Of a stretch of 64,000 nucleotides of DNA, positions 56,989 to 64,000 are shown one piece after another. The stretch lies in the NCBI GenBank assembly GCA_951406725.2, contig OX597816.1, positions 88,846,001-88,910,000 on the forward strand, given 5' to 3'. Each line of letters opens with the position of its first letter. The stretch's first letter is position 1. The stretch is from Octopus vulgaris. Lineage: Eukaryota. The translations under genes and the position numbers were made by a program. Under the pieces are notes generated by a model. It was not told the DNA's origin. It was given only the letters and a program-made list of their open reading frames with translations, and searched no databases.

Positions 56989-58902
56989 AATATAGACTCA
57001 CACACATATGCTCGAGGAAATAAAAAATTACTGGTCTAGTGCCCAGGTCTATATTTAACCAGAGTTTCTTGAAATCTAATACTTGATGAAATGAAGAAAC
57101 CCAGGTTAAAATGAACTCTAACAGAAAATGTCGAGGGTGTGATGTTTATTGAGGTTCTGACACATATCCTCATCAATTTTCTGCTATCAACATTTCCAAA
57201 ACACTGGCCTTCACCACTGAAAACAAATCATCTGTTTGTGAAATCTAACAGCTATGATATTTTGCTTGTACTGTCACACGTCGAAGCCGACGGCAGATTC
57301 TCTCTGTTTGTTTACCTATTTGTTTATTATCACTGTATATCTATTGTGAACCTATCTGCTTTATGCATCTTCAACAAGTTTTCAGCTATCCCACTTCGTC
57401 ACTAATCCCCTCCAATGACTATTCAATTATAATAAGTACTAAAAACGATGTTCTTTGCGGATAAGCACTAGAAAAATTTGTATCTTCAAAATAAATATCT
57501 TTTGTACGTAACATATGACGCTTTATACTGAATATTAGCAGTAGTAACGCATACACCTCTCCTCACCAGTTCTACATAGGTAGAATTTAAGATTAATGAA
57601 TGAAATCATGATAAAACTTATAGTGACCACGTGAAAATCTGGCTAAGATGTGTGCCATACTTTAAACGAGTAAATATAGGACAACTTATTTGACTCGTTT
57701 CTAAGAAGATTTCGTCCGTATAAGTTAATAGCATTCACTTTGATGTTGCGGTGTCGGATAAGCTTTAAGAATTTTAAGTTTCGTTTAGTTTTGTTTCTTT
57801 AGGCTTATTTTACTTTGAACTTGTCTGTTCTGTTTTTGGTGCTTACCAAAGAAAGATAAAATGCTTTAAGATTACTAAAATTCAAGAAGAAAAACAAAAA
57901 TCAGATTGTCAAGTAAAATATAGTAAACATTCTAAATCAGACAATACCAAATGGTATTAGGTAATATTGAAGAAATTATTTAAATACAAAATTCATATTC
58001 CAAATGAATATTTGCTATAATAACGAAATCCAAAGGAAAATAAAATATATAGAAAAGTCTAAAAATAAAATTATGAAAACAAAATTGACTTCTAAAAATA
58101 CAATTATTCTTTTATTCATTTAATCAGTTAATTATAATAGAATATAAGAGATTCCAAATGCCATATGCATTTGTGCCTGAAGAAATGAGCAACTCTTTTT
58201 TAACAGTGTAAATGGTAAGAGAATGGTAATTTGGCAGAAATATAGCAGAAAACTGCACTACATTACTGTCAGTATTTATTTCTGACCCCTGTATGTGCCT
58301 TCCTTTTTGGATTTCTTCAACTTTGTATTTCATTTCTCGACCGATAGTTTAACATAGACTCTAGTAATAGTTAAGGACCAATTCAGTCGACAGTACTTCT
58401 TTTTTTTTTATGAATATGTTCTGCTTCGACTAGAGAAATGAGAGAATAAAAAGATTAATTTTAGTAGTGATGCCTGAGAGCGCGCCTCAATCTCTTCACA
58501 TTTTAAGCAAAATCGCAACAGAATGATATTAACTGTATCAAAAATCAGTGTTCGAGGAGAGCTCAACAACAAACGAAATCATCTTATGAAAAATAAATGC
58601 TGCAAATGTACAACTATTTTACGTCGTGGGTACAAAATGTTGCCATCATTCACGTAAAATGATTACACGTTGCGTATGTTATGCTTCGATTTTTTTAGGG
58701 CACCTGGTGTATATTTATTGATTTTCCTAGAGTACAATAACTGTTATAGGAAGACTTGTTTGTTTAGAAACTAATCCATAAGTAGTTCAAACATTGATGC
58801 TGCGCAAAACTTATGATTATCACAACATTAACCATGAATATTAGATGAAAACGTTATAACACTCGAAAGCTGTGTAGATATAATTTATCAATCACTTCTA
58901 CA

Positions 58903-59122
58903 TAGAGTAATACCTCGCTTTACGAGGAACCGCTTTACGAGAGTCCGGGTTTCCAAGTTTTCTTTACGAGTATTATAAATTTTATAGGTAAGATGTTTTT
59001 CCGCGAACGAATTACGATTTGTAATATTGCTACTATGGGAAATTATTGCTCCGCTTTACCAGTTTTCATTTTACGACCGGTCTCTGGGAACAAATCAAAT
59101 CGTATATCGAGGCATTACTGTA
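58903..59122. mobile_element. Tigger/pogo-type MITE
   Basis: TA-gagtaatacctcgctttacg ... cgtatatcgaggcattactg-TA imperfect TIRs; internal ctttacga sub-repeats. Confidence 0.75.
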
Positions 59123-59650
59123 CTCTTCACTACCTGACAAATGTATGAAAGCCACCAGAGAGATATGACGATACAGTGTTTCGTAAAGCTTACTGAAGTA
59201 CGTTCCTCCGGTACACACATATGGTCATTTTAGATTAATTTATTTCACATGTCCTTTTAGTTTACTGCAAGCTGTTCTCACTGATAATATTATGACTTAA
59301 GGGGTTTAGCAACGAACATGATAGAAAGTGTAGATATTCTTCTATCCTGAGATTCTTTCCCTTGGCTGACCACATTTCCAATGTTATATATTCATATTAC
59401 GATGGAAAAAAATTTTGTGAAATGTTTCCATATCTTAATGTATTTTAATGTTCAAATTTGTCAAAGAAATGCATTCTAACTTTTAGAAAAAGTATTCTAT
59501 AAATACGAAAAATGTGTGACATATTTTGAAATCTAGTTGAAGCCATTTCAGTTTACTGTCTCTCACCAATTACAATTATGTATGTTTTAGAATAATCATT
59601 GATAACATGATTACAACTATTGTTTACAATTACGTATGTTTTCTTTAATA

Positions 59651-59733
<83 letters not shown>

Positions 59734-59905
59734 AGTAGTTGAATGAATTATCTTATTAAGGATAATTCGAATTAACCGATACCTGGGTAGCAAATTCACA
59801 TAAGAAAAAAACACGGTTGAAGTTACGTGCCTAGGGCATAGATTACGTGCTTTCGTGTGGAAATTTGTTTGTTTATTTGTATGTTTATTTTAAAAGTATA
59901 AATAT

Positions 59906-61905
59906 ATGAAAGATAGATACATTTTAGATAAATACATACCTAGATTAATCAATAAGTTAAAACTCAACATATGGTCTAACTCCACTCAAGTCGTAGAGTG
60001 GTTTTCTTCTATTTCTAATAAAAACCGCACAAAATTCATTCAATTCGATATTTCTAGTTTCTACCCTTCGATCAACCCTAGTGTACTCAATAAGGCCCTA
60101 TGGCACGCACATAATAAGGCAGGCCTCACAAGGGAGGAAATTAATATAATTTTAGCGGCTAGAAAATCCTTCATACAGTTCGATGATAAGATATGGGTCC
60201 GTAAGGATACCCTCAACGCATTCGATGTGCCAATGGGAAGCTCAGACAGCGCCCAGATAGCCGATTTGGTCGGAATATATATTCTCTATGAATTAGCCGA
60301 CCAATTCCCGGACATCTGCGGCGGTCTGTATCGAGACGATTGTCTATTTTACCTACAGAATGCTCCGAACAGTATGATACAGAAGACTAAAAACAGATTA
60401 GCTAGATTTTTTAGCAGAATGGACAGGAGCATAGTTTTCGACGACGAACTAACTAAAGCCAACTTTTTAGATGTTACCCTAAATCTGCATAACAATTCTT
60501 ACTTCCCTTACCATAAGCCTTCTACTAACCTTAAATATATCAGCATTTTCAGTAACCATGCAAAAACTATCACCGATAATTTAGTTAAAAATATATCCTT
60601 AAGACTATCAAATTTATCTGCGAATGTCGACGTTTTTAAACAAAAAGCGGCATTTTATAATGCCGCCTTGTCAAAAGCCAGTTATAGGGATAAGGTATCA
60701 TATATCGACCCGGCCCATTCTAAACTAATATTTACTTCTCAGGATAAGAAAACTAATAACAATAGAAATAATGTAATTAATGATTTCAGCTCTAGTAACG
60801 TCGACACTAATATAATTAACAAAAATAATTTACGGACCAGGTGAGGCAATCGAAAACCAACACCAATTCTACAACACAGAAATACTCCCTTTAATGTAAA
60901 TATTAACACTCTAAGCCATTCTAAGTCCATAAAAAACTATATCTGGTTTATCATTCCTTTCGGAAAACAAATCAGGTCTAATCTCCCTTTACAGTTCCGT
61001 GAAGCCGTAGCTAGAAACTTTACAGGAATTCTAGGTATTACTCTACTATCAATTCGCATAAGGTGAGGATTGCGTTCTACAACACTAGAAATCTATCGCA
61101 GATAATTGCCTCCCATAATAATAAACTGCTAAATAAGGACTCATCACCCAGGAGTAGCGACACTGCCCTTACCAATTCTAACCTAGCATACAATAATAAT
61201 AATAATATAAATAGTATTGATATTAGCAACATTCATAGCAGCATTGGCGTTAACAATAGTAATAATGATAATAATATTAGCCGGATTATTAACAGTGGTG
61301 GTGTTAGTGGTAATAGTAACAGCATTTCTAATAACAGTTGTATTATTGATAATAACAATCACAGCATCCCTATAGTCAGAGAAATTGCCGACGATATTAC
61401 AATTAATAGTAATGATAATAAGATGAATAGTATCGTGGCCAAGACTAGCAAAAATATTTACACCTATAATAACAATAAAAACTCTGTCTTAGTATCGGAA
61501 GTTAACCCCAACAGATTAAAGTTCTTATCCAAAAATTCAAAATTTAGAAACACAATTTACCAGTGCAAAATTTCATCTGGAACCGATGTCTTCTTCTACA
61601 TTGGAGCAACCTCTTCTAAATTAGCCCAACGGCTAATCATTATTCAATCATTATTCAACTTTACGAGATAAGAGAAAACAACACAGCACGGGACTAAGTA
61701 AATTAGTTTGGCGTCTGAAGGACAGCAATACAACTTTCATATTGTCGGTGTCCTTTCCGTTTGATAAAGGCAGAAAACTTTGTGGCATCTGTAATTCCGA
61801 ACTTTTTTATATTTTGTTCGCCAAAGTCCCTTTAATAAATACAATCGTCGAGAGGTCATACAGGTGCATGCACTGGCAAAAATACACCTTTCACTCATAT
61901 GTATA
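59906..61905 (+). pseudogene. Penelope-like element ORF (RT, Asn-rich linker, GIY-YIG); one in-frame TGA and frameshifts
   Basis: FIQFDISSFYPSI, FDVPMGSSDSAQIADLVG, GLYRDD, NFLDVTLNL, YHKP, SNH; IWFIIPF; NTIYQCKI...FYIGAT...QRL. Confidence 0.92.
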
Positions 61906-62502
61906 ATGATTAATATAGATAACCCCTTGAATTTTAATTAATATAACTTCTTTTTTTATATATGTCACCCCCATAGTCATGAAAAAATTTGTTTATACTT
62001 TCAAAGAACTACTACCCAATCCAGTGAGGTTGTTGCCTTAGTCCCTCTACATCGCCCCCTCTTTCTCTCTCTTTCTCTCTCTATTTCCCTCTTTCTATAG
62101 TAAGCACAATCAAACACACAGACACAACATCTCACCTCACCACTGTCTGTTTTCTGACATCTACCCATCTACATACACAATCACGCATACACATACATAC
62201 ACACACACATTAATGCAGTTATATACAGTCACACACACAGGCACTCATTCACAAAAGAAATTAACAAAATCCACCATTCATATGACCTGCACCCTTTCAC
62301 CTTCCTATTCTTTTGCCTCTCTCCTCCAACTTCGTTTGAACCCTTGAACCTTTAGAACCTTCTAGATTCTTCTACTTTCAACCACTTTGACGTCACTCCT
62401 TATAAAGGAATATTTTAAAGAGACACTCATTACTGCTATGGGCTCCGTGTGAGCAATCATCTGAAGGTTTTTTGTGCATTTTGATGTTGACATAAGTTCA
62501 TT

Positions 62503-62590
62503 GCTTTTCCTGATGAGAAAGCGGCATAATGTACTCCTTATTCCTTCGCAATTAGGAATATGCAGCCTTCGAAACATATGTCAAAAATAA
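62503..62590 (+). ncRNA. Putative minimal type-I hammerhead ribozyme in the PLE 3' region
   Basis: CTGATGA (62510), stem II with 10 of 12 pairs, GAAAC (62571), palindromic ACATATGT stem III, GTC site (62580-62582), short A-U stem I. Confidence 0.7.
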
Positions 62591-62633
62591 AGGTATTTTG
62601 TTAATTCGTCGTTCAGCTCCATTCTTTCATATA

Positions 62634-62694
<61 letters not shown>

Positions 62695-63916
62695 CGCTCT
62701 CTCACGCACACACACATTTTCTCATTTGCTATTTATCTCTCTCTCTCTCTCTATTTATATATATATTTCCTCATCCAATTATTGAAGCTGTATTTATTAG
62801 AACCACGCTCCACCTAATCTTGTGTCGTTTCTGGAATATCTAGGGCCGGATCTCTAGTTCGGTTATGATTTGGAAATAATTTTGGCAAATATTTCAGTGC
62901 GTTAATGTTAATTAATTATATAGATGAGGAAATTCAATATTTGTTAGTGAATCACTGAAACCAATTTGTAAGTGCCGTAAATTCGTTAATATTCTTTTGA
63001 TTTTTTTCTCCTCCCCACCATATTCAAAAGCAGATGCTCCAACTCAACATCATCCTTTTATTTTTTTCTGTTCTATTTCCGAATTTAAAGTTGGTAAATA
63101 CCCAAACTACAAGCAAAATTTTGACGAATAGACACTTCCAAAATTTATGAAAGCACAATCTTTATTTGTTTATTTTGCAGCATCACCAAGATATAACAAT
63201 TCAACTTCAATAATTAATAGTTATAAAGTTGAAGTAATGAATACAATTTTATTTCATATTCCATATAACGTACTACATTTGATATTCAATACGCAGGCAT
63301 TAACAGAGCTATTACTATATGTGTATTTTACAGCCCGACTTCTTTTTAACGGTATTAATTTGTGCCGCCCTTTCGCAATATGTGCACAGTGAGAAGGACT
63401 TAGACATATGAGATTAAACATCATTTCCAGGGTTATGACTGATCGCTGTTTAGTGGAAACGAGCCAGTAATTAATCGAGTAATTTCAATACTTAAGCACA
63501 GATAGTAAGAATTAAATAGAATATAAATTGACTGCAATTTTGTTTCTTGTCTTCAAAGCACGCTGAAGTGTAGTTGAAAGCTACATTGAAATATATATTC
63601 CATAAAACATTAATTTCAGAGTATTGCTTTTCTTTTTAGCTATCCGCAACTTCACCTTACTCTGTTGATTATAACTATTGATCAAACCCTGTATATATAA
63701 AACCGGTTTAATCCTAATTGATTACACCGATCAATTAGGTACCTATATTAAAGTTGGCAACACTTAGACGACTTGCCAATAATAACAGCTTGAAAATGTC
63801 GCTTTGCATAAGCTGGAATGAAATGCAATTAATAAGTCACGAAATGAATTATGCATTTGAAGATAATTACAAATATATTAAAATAAAAACAACACCTACA
63901 ACAAAACCACTATAAG

Positions 63917-63917
<1 letters not shown>

Positions 63918-63990
<73 letters not shown>
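63918..63990. repeat. (AAT)n microsatellite
   Basis: Directly visible. Confidence 0.97.
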
Positions 63991-63991
<1 letters not shown>

Positions 63992-64000
63992 GTAATCATA

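Noticed and set aside
60842-60844. In-frame TGA in the PLE ORF as selenocysteine (Naiad-type selenoprotein)
   Set aside because: It lies in a low-complexity non-Cys context, is most simply a CGA-to-TGA change, the copy also has frameshifts, and GIY-YIG is C-terminal unlike Naiad; no SECIS recognised

Overview
AT-rich, microsatellite-dense eukaryotic genomic DNA with no confidently identifiable host gene. The repeat inventory suggests an invertebrate, most likely an octopus or other coleoid cephalopod; this is an inference from recalled repeat families, not a search result. The window is a transposon graveyard. It holds about six R4/Dong-type (restriction-like endonuclease) LINE copies, mostly at (TAA)n arrays in the first 18 kb, and a young 5'-truncated RTE LINE with a PHD finger inside its RT domain and a ~6-copy tandemly amplified 3' UTR. 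It also holds CR1-type LINE fragments, four Penelope-like element (PLE) remnants, three with minimal hammerhead-ribozyme motifs, three mariner fossils, two MITEs and many tRNA-derived SINEs of about four families. Other features are a cluster of long palindromes separated by (TA)n tracts and two diverged tandem arrays. Most ORFs in the supplied track are microsatellite translation artefacts. I found no CRISPR array, rRNA or bona fide tRNA gene. Element boundaries are read by eye and are approximate.
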